Assembly: GCF_902459465.1 (NCBI RefSeq)
Contig: NC_047080.1
Span: forward strand, 12,462,001-12,526,000
Length of the DNA: 64,000 nucleotides
Origin: Asterias rubens
Taxonomy: Eukaryota
Direction: 5' to 3'
Position 1 is the first letter of the stretch. Each line of letters begins with the position of its first letter. The notes beneath the pieces are model-generated. The model made no database searches. It had not been told where the DNA came from and saw nothing but the letters and a program-made list of their open reading frames with translations. Made by a program: the position numbers and the translations under genes. Shown in pieces: positions 37,102 through 56,157 of the stretch.

Positions 37102-37206
37102 GGGTGCGTTTTGGCGGATGTAACCAACAATTGTTTCAGTTGTTTTGGCCTACGTTATACACTAGTAGCCAAACCAGTTATTGGTTGCGACCGCCAAAAT
37201 GCACCC
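37102..37206. mobile_element. Small MITE with GGGTGCGTT termini (PIF/Harbinger-like)
   Basis: gggtgcgttttggcgg ... ccgccaaaatgcaccc; no clear TSD. Confidence 0.55.
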
Positions 37207-38209
37207 ATTATGTTAAAGAGCAGTCACATCAGACACAGATGTGGATTGAGCGCAGTGTTCTTCATGTTGGTAGCCAAGGTGCAGCCATGTTGCGTTTCCA
37301 TTGTAACCAAATAGAGGCTGGGATAGCAAAATAGTCAGGTCCCCCTTGGTACAATAAAAAGCAGTATTGATTATTGCTATCACATAAAGGGAACACTACA
37401 AAGATGAATGCTACATGGCTTGGTTTCTAAATGTTTCACATTTTTTGACTTTTAACTTTGAGATTAATTATTAACAAATTCACTCATTCCTGTCGAGTTG
37501 TATGAAGACATTTTTTTTGTTGAAGTTTTAAATTTGTTAATTTTTATATATTTTTTTATATGTCAGTTACTGATGTATTTATGAATGAAATAATTCAATT
37601 CAGAGTAATAAATATTAACAGCCATTGAGCCAAAGTTTAGTTATTTGTTGTCTGTTCGTCGTTTGTCGACTCACTGGAAAATGTAGTTACATGTACAAAG
37701 ATTAAGAGGTTGTGAAGACAATGTTGGACTATAGGCCATAGCAGCGTTCTTGCCGAAGCCATCAATTCAGACTCTGCCTTCTTAATAGGGAAAGTTAACT
37801 CAATTTAAAAATTACAACAACCAAAAAAGGAGACGAGAGAAAAAACATGGCTTACAATAAATGTTATTTGTATCTTTTCCACATAAATAATTGAACAAAT
37901 CAGAACATTCAATAAAGAGCAGATTTACATTTTGTGCTAAATATGTAAACGTGAAACATAACTTATCGGACGTTTATAAAATGTAATGAACATTCATGTA
38001 CAATTAATGTAGCCACAGCGGAGTTGACACAAAGGACAACATTTTAACATGACATGACAAATTTACAAATAAATATAATTTGACTAGTGCTGTAGCATGG
38101 CCGTTTCTAGCACGGTTAGCTACAATAAACCATTGCATGGTGCTACATGTATATATACAGTTGACCCTCGTTATAAAGAGCACAGTTATAAAGAGGTTCT
38201 GCTTATAAA

Positions 38210-38361
38210 GGGTGCGTTCGTTTAGCTTCCCTGGGTCGACCCCGGTGTCTGGCGTTTTTTTTTTCCAGGACGAACGTGTGCAGATAATTACCCACGTTCG
38301 TCCTAGAAAAAAAAAACGCCACACACCAGGGTCGACCCAGGGGAGCTAAACGAACGCACCC
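38210..38361. mobile_element. Foldback MITE with GGGTGCGTT termini and 3-bp flanking repeat (PIF/Harbinger-like)
   Basis: gggtgcgttcgtttagcttccctgggtcgaccc ... gggtcgacccaggggagctaaacgaacgcaccc, with aaa on both sides. Confidence 0.75.
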
Positions 38362-39460
38362 AAAGAGTACATTCTGAAGTCATGAATCTCATTTCTGCTT
38401 TGTGTTTCTCTGTCTTTCTGTCGTCTTATAACAATGTTCCTGATATGAAGAGGTAATATGTCTGGTCCCAGTAATCTTGTTCTTACATGTACAATGGATA
38501 ATTCCAAACATAAAAATAGTTCTGCATGCCTTTAGACAAAGTAATGAACACTTTGTTATGTCCTTTGAGTGTGAAAAGTGCTATACTAGAACTTTGTATT
38601 TATTATTCTTGTATTATTCTTATATTATTCTTATTATTAATCTTATTAGCACACTTGTATTACAAACTCCGCTCCATTTTTCACTCTGAACCTAAATCAA
38701 CCTGGAGTTCTTGACACTTCTAGGCAGTATCCATAACATATGAGGGCGCTGTTTTATACTACCATACCAGGGAGGAAAACAAACAGACAATCATTTGGGC
38801 TTGAGTCATTGGTCACCCCACATTGTCATAAAATTGGTTGTGTTACGATGAGCAGATAAGCCCAACCAAACTGCCACAGAGACATGGCTCGGTTTCAAGT
38901 TGGTCAATCTTCCATGAAGTTTCTATGAAATTTGTCTTAATATTTCAATTTTGTAAAGAAACTAGTTCTTCAATTACAAACTATTTCAGAATGGGTGTAT
39001 ATTTTGTTTTGAGGTGATTCAGTTTCGGGGTTAGAGTTTCATTTTCACGTTACTCACTGAAGTTATTTTGATCGGTGAAACTTGTTTGGTTAGAAACCAT
39101 ATGAGCCATGGTGCTAAAACACCAGCTAGCAGGGTGCCTTGTGCCTTGACATAGCACTTATAGCTGTCATCTCTACCAATGAAATGCATTGACCCGGGTC
39201 TAATTTGCATATGACCCCTCTGTCGGGACTGGATGTTGGATGTTGGATGTTGTTTTTTGCCAATAGAGGGATCACTGAGCATATTACAAATGTCCGCTAC
39301 AAACAAGACTTCACAATTTGTGTACAGATACAATTTTGCAAACAACTAGAGCTGTTTTGGGTCGACTGGAAAGTTGGAGCATCTTTGGGTTTATTAAAGC
39401 CGAAATTCCAGGCAAAGTCTTTACTTGTTCGTGGTTGAAGCTAGGTCATTGCGTTGGTTC

Positions 39461-47168
<7,708 letters not shown>

Positions 47169-47229
47169 GTTGTCAGTCAGAGGATAATAATAACAAGAGA
47201 GGGCGCTTTCCAAAAAGAGCAAAAACTGG

Positions 47230-47491
47230 GCCATTATCAAATTTACCTAAACTTTACCTAGTTGTATTAATGTCTTTTTATGTGACGCAAGCTCGGTACA
47301 TACAGTAGTATGTACCTGTACTGTGCGTCCACTCTCTGTTTTTTTTCTGCGGAGGACTAGAAACAAGTTGAGTGCCCGCGAAATCTTCAGACCTATTCTT
47401 AGTAAGTGTGGTCTGAATTTGTTATGGTAAGAAATATAACCATAAATGACCTCGAAATACCGTTGAAAAGCCATTCAAAGAACAAGTAAGT
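47230..47491. promoter_or_regulatory. Putative bidirectional promoter between GPR107 and the transposase gene, ending in a candidate non-coding-exon donor
   Basis: CpG-containing stretch just upstream of the GPR107 ATG, CRE-like tgacgca, palindrome ggtacatac-agta-gtatgtacc, and + strand donor caa|gtaagt at 47486. Function is inferred. Confidence 0.4.
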
Positions 47492-47981
47492 TGTATTTTA
47501 AATTAAAGACTATCTCTGTGTTCGTTAAAACGGGTTGAATCTACAATCGTGCAATGTTGAAAATAAATAGTTGTTGGAATGTCATTTTTTTAAATAAAAA
47601 CAAAAAGTTCTAGCCCACTTGTCATGCTTGGGAGGGCGGGGGATAACTTTGTTGGGGGGGGGGACTCTGTCAGGGTGCGTCTTTGTGCAAGTTTTAGTGG
47701 GTGACTTAATTATTGTAATGGGCGACTTTGCTGAAAAGGGGGGGGGGGGGAGGGCGGGGCCTCATTGAACAGTGCTCCAGACCAGACCAGGGTATGGTGT
47801 GAGGTGAGGGTGGGCAGCTCGATGATGTCTTGTCTTGAGGAAGCTCATCAGAGTCGTTCATGTTCTTAGTCTTGTAAATTTCTTGTAATCTCTTCATTAA
47901 TTCCACTTTGAGAAAGACAGTTTTGTATAAAGCACTCTTTTTTTCAAATCACATTTTCTTTTGATCTGTTCCAGATTCAAG

Positions 47982-50900
47982 ATGGAAAAACACAGAGAAA
48001 TTCTCCAGCGGTTGTGTAGACTCTGCGGGGAGCGATCCATATCATCAGCCAACTCCAAGAAGGGAAAAGTTGCAAAGCTCTGCTCTAACTACATCGAGAA
48101 AATCGCTGACTCATTCCAAGTCGACATCTCCCATGACGATACAAACATTCACCCCCCACATATGTGCCACACATGTTATACTCGCCTTTATCTCCGTGGC
48201 AAGAAAACCGCCCCAACCTGGGGTTCCCATACGATAACAGGCGTCTGCCCTGTGTGCACTTATTCAATCCAACATCTAAGCTCTGGTCGTAAAAAGAGAA
48301 AGAAACATCCAGGGATTGGTCGACCTAGGATAACCCCTACAGAGTTCTTTAACAGTCTACCCCAGTCCCCAACAGTCTCAAGAGAGAAGATGCTTAACTT
48401 CGAACCACTGTCCTATACTTCCCCCATACTATGTAAAATTTGCAACAGGTCGCTTAACAACGCATTGGAAACAAGCTGCATGCATTTATTCTGTTGTGAA
48501 TGCTTGACAGAGCGCTATGAAACTTCTGGAGAGCGCATTCTCCCATGCCCAACATGTCGAAAACCAGTAGACTTCAAACACGTAGTGACCCCCCGTCTGT
48601 ATTTTGCCTCGTTATTTTTAAGTACAATAATGACATGTAAGGCATGCAAAGTGGGTGTCCCTTTGGGTGATATCTCTTCTCATGGTTGTGATCCAAAAGT
48701 CAGTAGTGGTCCTTCTGGTAATCCCAACTTGATGTTTTTCATCGTCAAACCACCCGAGAAACAAGTTAGTGAAGTTGTGGAGATGATGCATCGTCCATTG
48801 ACTGCACCTCTAACTCCCCAAATGGAAGAACTTGGCTCACATATTCTCAAATCCAAGCTGGCACAATCTTCAGATGGATTTAGCACTCGGTACAAGACAG
48901 CTGGCTTGGTAAGCTTTAGTCAACCTTCACTTCACTAAAGAAAAAAAGGTTTGAACAAGTGAAGAATACCTTGTTGAAAGATTTTATTTTCTTTTTCCCC
49001 TCCCCCTCTCCCTTCTACAAAGCCTCTGACAACAGTGTGCATTCCTAGTCCACGAAAAAGCAGTGAGGTTGCCTCTAGTAAAACTCTGCGACGACGCTCT
49101 GAGATTTTAAACAAGACACGCAATCTTCTTTCCATGGGTACTTCTAGGCGGCAGCACCTTGATGAGCTGAAGTTAAGCAGTTTGAGAGATGACCTTCAGG
49201 AGACGTTGAAGGAACTCAAGTTAGACTCTATCAGGCTTCCTAGCATGCAGCTTCTTGCAGCAAAGGCACGTTTTGGAATCTCCTGGAAACGCATCAGGGA
49301 AATGAAACGATGGCTGAAGAGTTACAACATACTAACAGAAGGTGAGAATGCAATGCGTCAACAACAGAAAGACATCGTTGCAAGTAACATCATTGCAGAG
49401 AACCTTCCGTTTTCATTCCCAGATGAAGTCAATGGAGGAGTCACCATCAAGCCCGCCGCTTGTGTAGGTGTGAAGTCACTCGTTGCTAAAGTCACCCAAC
49501 AGTTTGAGGAATACCATAAGTAAGTAAAACTTAATTTATCTTGTCTTTGAACCAGCGTTGAAATCTTCAAAGAAATAATCCACTCATTTGTCTTGTTCTT
49601 TTTTCTTCAGGGCTGGACAGCTCACATGGCACGAGGGCAACATTCCAGCTGATGAGGTCTGGATTAAAATAGGCGGTGACAAAGGAGGCGGAACCTTTAA
49701 ACAGATGTTCCAAATTGCCAATATCGATTGCCCCAACTGCCTTCGACATACTGTTGTCGCTTGTGCGTTTGCAGCGGGGGATAAGTACGACAATCTCAAG
49801 ACTGGTCTGTTACGCTTCCGTCAGCAAGTCGTTGATCTGCAGTCCTGTACTTTGAAGAGTCATAAAATCAGACTCTTTATGTTTGGAGATTACGAGTATC
49901 TCACCCGAGTGTATGGACTATCAGGTGCTTCAGGTAATTGATATGCTTCAGGCTTTGAAAATTATACATAAACTTTGGGCCTAACTGTCATCACTTTTAC
50001 ATGGAGCCACAACTGTCAAACGGCTTGATAAAGATTTACGCTATAACCTGTGCTTAGCTTAAAACTGCAAATCTGCTGTAATACTAAAGCCATGCTTTGC
50101 AGTATAGGACATCTCATATAGATGATTCTGTAAATTAACCTCCCCACTGACTTTTAGAATATTAGCAGAGTGTAATTGGTCAAAGATCTGTCTCTTTGTG
50201 AAACCTAAAGAGAGATGTTTGCTTTTTTTGTGTACACAGGACGACACTGCTGTCTCTACTGTGAGGTCTCTAAAGATGATATGAGCTTACCCCAGGAGGA
50301 AAGGCCAGCAACTAGGCAGAGAACTATGGACACCCTGAACAACGACCTGGCCAGATTTGTTGCTGATGGCAGTAAACTCTCCCATGCAAAACACTTCAAC
50401 AATGTGATTAGTCCGCCAATGTTCCGGCTTCCACTTACACAGGTCAGCATGTTTCCTCACTCGACATTTGTAACAGACCATGCTTAGCACCCACCATGCT
50501 TAGTACCCATCATGCCTAGCACCCACCATGCTTTCATAGCACCCACCATGCGTAGCACCCACCATGCTTAGATCCCATCATGCTTAGCACCCACCATGCT
50601 TAGCACCCAACATGCTTAGCACCCACCATGCTTATTAGCACGCACCATGCTTAGCACCCACCATGCTTATTAGCACGCACCATGCTTAGCACCCATCATG
50701 CCAAGCAAAAAGTTTGAGGCACCTGTCTCCAGATCATTCAACTCTGGGCATCAAATGTTTTATGGTAATAGTGGTTTCATGTAACGCTCATGAGGACACT
50801 CCAACACTATTACCATTAAGTCATTAAGTGTAGAAACAAATCAATTTGTTCTCTCTTTATAATCTTGTTGTTTCAAAAGGTCTGCCCACCCGGACTTCAC

Positions 50901-52501
50901 ATTAGTCTGGGGTTATATCTCAAACATTTCAACAGCTTCGAGAGGGCATGTCATGATCTTGACATGGAAGTGGCAGCTGTGTTAGCCGTGCAAAAAGAAC
51001 AGCAATCTGAGGCAGACAATCCAGCTCTTGGCTCCACGTTCAAGAATGTTGTCTCAGTATTGAAGAAGGCTAGGCAGTTAGAGTTGCAGGCAGAGGGCTT
51101 AGATGAGGAGATCCAGATCAAAGAAGAGGAACTCATGGACATCATTATGACATCTGAGGAAGAGGAGGAAAGTGCCGATATTGGGAATTACATCGCTGGG
51201 ACGACATTATTACGAGAGCAAAAAGAACGTCTGGTAAGGCATCTTCAATTTTAAATTAAAGAAGTGTGTCGTTAAGGAGGATTTGAATACTTTGCATTAT
51301 GTGAAGTTTGTGTAGACACCATATACTAAAATAACTGAATATCTTCAGGAGAATGCTGGATGCTGCTACTGGATGCTGCTTAAGAACTGCCCTAAAGGTT
51401 TTACTAACGGGTACGCTTAGCTCAATGGGATGTACTTGAGCAGCATACAGCAACAGCATTCTGAGCGAAATGTCTTTAAACCACTGGTTCTTTTTAGAAA
51501 TATCCAAACTCCGAGTTTTATGTACTTGGTGTCTCCACAAACTTTGCTAGAAATGTGTGTTTGTAACAGCGACAATTGGACTCACATGACTATTAAATTT
51601 ATCATTGTAACTTATTTATTTCCCCCGTCAGTTGGCAGAAGTGAAGGCCCTTCGTGATAAAGCAGCCCTGAAACCGGGTCAAGGTCCTCTAGCTGGTTTA
51701 CTCGACATTGTACTCCAGGAGTTCCGGGTTCAGCGACAAGCTTTTGGTTTTGTTGGCAACCATGTCCACAAATGCTGCAAGGTAAGCAGTGTCATAATTC
51801 TTATACAACTTCAAACTTTTAAAGAAAACTGCACAAGTAAATATTAAGTCGTATGGTTCCCGCTCTTCCAGAGGTTGTTAATAGACTGAAACACCAAATC
51901 AAAACCTGGGTGAACACATCTGTTTACTTTGTTCAACTGTTGATTTCCCCTTTACAGCACTTCGAAACCTCACAGTGATATGCGCTATAAAAAAATGATT
52001 TCTTTATTTATTTGAAAACATCTTCTTTTGTTGCAGGAAGAAAATATCAAGCGTCTGACTGATGCGGTGGTCAGTAAAACTCAAGAACTTTGTCCTTCAC
52101 TGGAGGGGGAAGCTAGAGAAATCTCTACGAAGTATTCCAAACTATTCAACCTGTTTGGAACTTGTCATAGGAAGTACAATGTAGCATTCGTCCTCAATGA
52201 CCAAGCCATAGATACATTAAACCAAGACATACGCAACTACCTGGCGTTTTTCCGTTCCTCTTTTCCAAGTGAGACCGTGACTCCGAAGATGCATCTCCTT
52301 GAGCAACATGTCATCCCGTGGTTGCGGCGGTGGCGCTTTGGTTTAGGTTTCCATGGGGAGCACGGTGGGGAGTCTGTCCATGCCCATTTCAACACCCTCC
52401 GGCGTGATGTCCGAGGAATGAGCACAGATGTGGACATACTACGGTCTGTAATGCAGACTCACTGGGTCGCTACAAGCCCTGCCTATACTATTTCTAGATA
52501 A
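47982..52501 (+). CDS. Intact spliced DDE transposase with RAG1-type N-terminus (Chapa zinc finger + RING + zinc finger); Chapaev / N-RAG-TP-like, RAG1/Transib-related fold; ~972 aa, 7 coding exons
   Basis: Exons 47982-48908, 49023-49519, 49611-49933, 50240-50442, 50880-51233, 51632-51781, 52037-52501 (2919 nt, GT-AG, phases consistent, no stops). Motifs: H-X7-CRLCG..D-X4-H-X4-C-X2-C..W-X2-H..CPVC; RING CKIC..CMHLFCCEC..CPTC; CKAC..H; basic PRKSSEVASSKTLRRRS; D1 KIGGDKGGG; D2 FMFGDYEYLTRVYGLSGASGRHCCLYC; PPGLHISLG; GNHVHK; TPKMHLLEQH; E in GEHGGESVH. Confidence 0.9.
50476..50702. repeat. ~16-bp unit minisatellite (accatgcttagcaccc) in intron 4 of the transposase gene
   Basis: About 13 variable copies directly visible. 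Confidence 0.9.
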
Positions 52502-54117
52502 TTGTTTAATATCTGTTAAAACACATCTCCGTCTTTTTATGCTAAATATCTTGCTAACTTCAATTTATACAATTTCACAGATGAGGTTTAAATATTTCTA
52601 TTTGACATGACAATGACTACTTGACATGTTTAAAACTCTTTGGGTCATGTCAGTCCAAGCATGCTTATGTACTAAATTAGTAGAGGGCAGTATATAAGAT
52701 GAGTGGGATACTCCCAACGTCTCTTTTCTTTTATAAGTCAAATAATTTAGAAGCTCCGTATGTTTTGGTAAGCTTTTTTTTGCCTAGAATGCTAAAATAT
52801 TGGACTGGGTGCAGAAGTCCAGTGAATATTTTTAGCCCTTGGCTCTATCTAATCCACAAAGCAATAGTGACTGGCACCTTAAACAAAGATATTGACTAAG
52901 GAGACTGGGGTATAGGGTTAGAGCTCAGTTGGTACATTAACCTGGACTCCAGGTTGCAGGTTCAAGTATTGCTCTAGTAACTAGACTAAGACTACTGATA
53001 TTGATTGATGTGTCACTGGAGTAAATTAGATTATTGACATCAAACTTGTGACTTAAACAGCAAACGATACACAAACTTCTGAAGTGAAAATACTTCTATG
53101 AAGATCTTTTGTAGCAGTGTGGATTTGACCTTGAGAGTCGGGTAATTCAATAAGTTGCGATTTGGTTATGAGCGACAAAATTTCATCTTAGGAGTTCTGT
53201 AAAATGATTGTTTATAATAATTTACAGAAAATCTTGCTACGCAGATACAGGTTACCAGCTGCCATGCCACAGAGGTTGAATTATTGCAACTGGTGGCTAC
53301 TGGCTAACTCATTTTCTGCTTAGCAAAGAAATTGGTTGAACTTATGTGTAAATTTGTTTTTGTTTTAATTCATGATAATTAACTATTTTGATTTTTAAAT
53401 ACTGTACTGTTGACTTTGTGCACAAGATCCAAATTTGGCTACTGGTTGCAATGTCACCATTTTGTGGGTGTCAGTTATCGCATGAAAAAAGTGTTGAGAC
53501 TCAGTATAAATGTAAATGCTGTGTCTCCTAAATTGAGCACTACACTCTCCAGGCATTGACTCCCAAAATGATGCAACAAAAATTATTGTGATGATGATGT
53601 CATATGAATTGGCTCTATAGATGTTTTTTGAACCACCAACACTAATAATTTATCTCAACATATTCAGTATTACTTCTTCTTATTAACAGTATTTACCAGT
53701 AGTTGTGGGGGTTTCCTCTGCTCTGGATGTAATTCCTACATTGTTTCTAAAGTATTTGTTTACCTTTTTTATGTAGTTTCTTTACTTATGAGTTTGTTTA
53801 CCTTTTTTAGTTCCTTTACTTATCATTCATTATTTGTATTAGAATCAAGTCCATATTTACTGTATAAATAAACTGCTAATAAAATTGTTCCAAACTTATT
53901 TTTTAAGTGCAACTCTCTATTTTCTCCCTACATCACAGCCTCAACTTTGCCTCTATAATTTTATTTATGCACTTCAATTAAATTTCAATTACATTTTAGT
54001 GGACTTTCCTCAACTTTATTTACCATAAAACTTTATGAACAACGTCACATTTTTGTGTTGAATATTCATAACCTAAATAACCAAGTATCAGCTGGTAGTC
54101 AGCTGTCCATTTAATAC

Positions 54118-54702
54118 AGGCATTCGCTCAATCTTCAAATTGCGCTGCTAATTTGAGGTTTTTAGCACATTGCGTTTATTTCGCAGGTTGCGCGCTGGAC
54201 AACTTGAAGGTACAACAAACCATAGAGGAAGGACAGAGACAAACAGATGGGGGCGGGGGGGGGGGGTTACAAGGGGGGAAGGCCAGGACACTTGATTATA
54301 TACAGAAAAAGTACAAAAGATGCTCAAGTTTGAATCACAGAAGCTGAGACAATGAACTTGAAGGCGGTGGTCAATTTATGCGGTTTGGGATGATGGGGTT
54401 TTCGTGGAGGAGGAATATAAATCCCCATGATCCATTGTAATTTTAGTGTACCCTTGTTTATTTTCCTGGGTGCTGCCTGCGCCCCCCGTGGGGAGCTTGG
54501 GGGGGGGGGGGGTGGGGTTTGACATTTCCTAGATAAATAAAATTATATTATATTTAGTTTCTGAATGTTATTTCCAAAAACTTTGAGTGAACTTTTAAAC
54601 TTGAGCAGCATCGTTTTCTGCTCAACTCAAATTTGCTGAATTGAGCGCTCAATATGCAGAATGATCAAAATCGCGCCCAATCTTCAGATTGAGCAAATTC
54701 CT
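54118..54702. mobile_element. Possible degenerate MITE upstream of ABCA2
   Basis: aggcattcgctcaatcttcaaattgcgc versus the reverse complement of gcgcccaatcttcagattgagcaaattcct; imperfect, no TSD. Confidence 0.35.
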
Positions 54703-55427
54703 AAAAGGCACATTGACTTGTGTGGTCCCCGCACGCACACACACACGCAACAATGCACAAACGACAAACGTCAGGTAGGGTATAGACGTGTGTTGTCAAA
54801 CAAGAAAATTATGTCAAAGTTTTAACTTTAAAATGGTTTAAGATCTGATCAATTGAAGCCAAGACGCTGGATTCTATGCAACACAAAGGTAGGTTACAAT
54901 CATATTATAATAAATTCAGGTAAATACTTTTGTAAATAGTGAAAATTTGATCGAGTTTTCTTCTTCTCAATCTCAATCTTGTCAAAAAAACAAAAAACCA
55001 GAGCAAACATTTCAACTGAGTACACACGACGTACCACAGCACAATCAGTCAGTCGTTGAGCTTTGAGGAGGCGGCTTTGATGAGACTAGACATTCACAAC
55101 CAACAAACACCTCCATAATAATAACATAGGATGATAACATCATGGATGATAACATCGACAAACCATGGAGGTAGACAAACGAAATAAATAATTGAATTGA
55201 ATTGAAGTCAGACAGAAGTGGGCTGTCCTGTGTGTGTCACTCACAGTGTGATTGTGAATGTGACAATTAAATAGAGCAGACAGTTGTCTACGACTTGATC
55301 ATGTTGACTTCTCCTTTATCAGTTCATGATATTGAGATTCAGCCTGCTTTTTCCATTGAGAGTTTCCGGGCACCCCAATTTGACAATCTACCCCACCCCC
55401 CCAGCCCGTAAAAAGTGCCCCCCAAAC

Positions 55428-55553
55428 TAGACCCAGTAACTGGGGCGCTGTACTCCTTTTTTCAAAATTTTGTGACATTCTCGGTCGTACAGTACGACCG
55501 AGAATGTCAAAATTTCGAAAAACAGGAGTACAGCGCCCCAGTTACTAGGTCTA
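55428..55553. mobile_element. Foldback MITE with TAG...CTA termini and 9-bp TSD
   Basis: tagacccagtaactggggcgctgtactcc ... ggagtacagcgccccagttactaggtcta, central palindrome around cggtcgtacagtacgaccg, flanked by cccccaaac at 55419-55427 and 55554-55562. Confidence 0.9.
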
Positions 55554-55585
55554 CCCCCAAACAAACATTTTATTAAACCCAAAAC

Positions 55586-55721
55586 CGGGAAAAGTTTCTG
55601 TATGGCGCCACCACTTTTTCATTCGATATAAAATAATATAGGAACTTATTTACCTGATTGATATATCCCTTTTTGTAAAAATGAGTGAAAAAGTGGTGGC
55701 GCCATATGGAAAGTTATCCCA
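55586..55721. mobile_element. MITE, copy 2 of the 6867-7012 family (opposite orientation)
   Basis: gggaaaagtttctgtatggcgccaccactttttca ... tgaaaaagtggtggcgccatatggaaagttatccc. Confidence 0.75.
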
Positions 55722-56157
55722 AAACTATTCTCATAATTCATAAAACATCATGGACAATTTGTCGTACTTGTCATCATGGTTGTAGACGTAGGTCTTCATA
55801 TATTAACCCTAAAGACAAGTGATGAGGGTATTCGCTTAATTTAGTGGAGTATAATTATCCAGATCCAGATAAATCTACGTGATGACATGAGTCGTGATTA
55901 TTGACATTAATTTTATATAATTTTAAACAAGCAAGACTACAATTGAATTATTCCACCTACAGCAATAGCAGCTACCATAGTCATTTGTCTATTTTTTACT
56001 TCCATTTTTGTCCTTCAGGTTGTCATCAGTGAAAGTAAAAGTGTGTGAATATGCAATCCCTCGTCTCGGACAGCGTCAAACAGTTATGTTGAGTAGTTTT
56101 AGGATACGCATATAAAGAGCTGGATTTCGGCAGCACTGCCTGAGGCAGATCAACATC

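Noticed and set aside
47706-47906. Minus-strand ORF (LKVELMKRLQEIYK) as a SAP-like or second transposon gene
   Set aside because: Short, runs into poly-C low complexity, and has no convincing domain or splice context
51971-51998. RSS-like CACAGTG + ~12 bp + A-rich run in transposase intron 6 (other heptamers at ~9985, ~46494, 55242)
   Set aside because: Nonamer match is only 5-6 of 9 in AT-rich DNA, the site is internal to the gene and unpaired; expected by chance
47982-52501. Calling the gene RAG1 / ProtoRAG RAG1L
   Set aside because: The first catalytic motif is KIGGDKGGG, not the KESCDG/KExxDG type, and there is no RAG2L or RSS-like TIR. The layout parallels Chapaev transposases, so no gene symbol is given.
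52502-56157. A convergent RAG2-like gene downstream of the transposase, as in ProtoRAG
   Set aside because: No minus-strand ORF of 60 aa or more in 52502-56000 and no kelch/PHD-like peptides seen; the space is AT-rich UTR, MITEs and the ABCA2 5' region. Very small exons cannot be fully excluded without tBLASTn.
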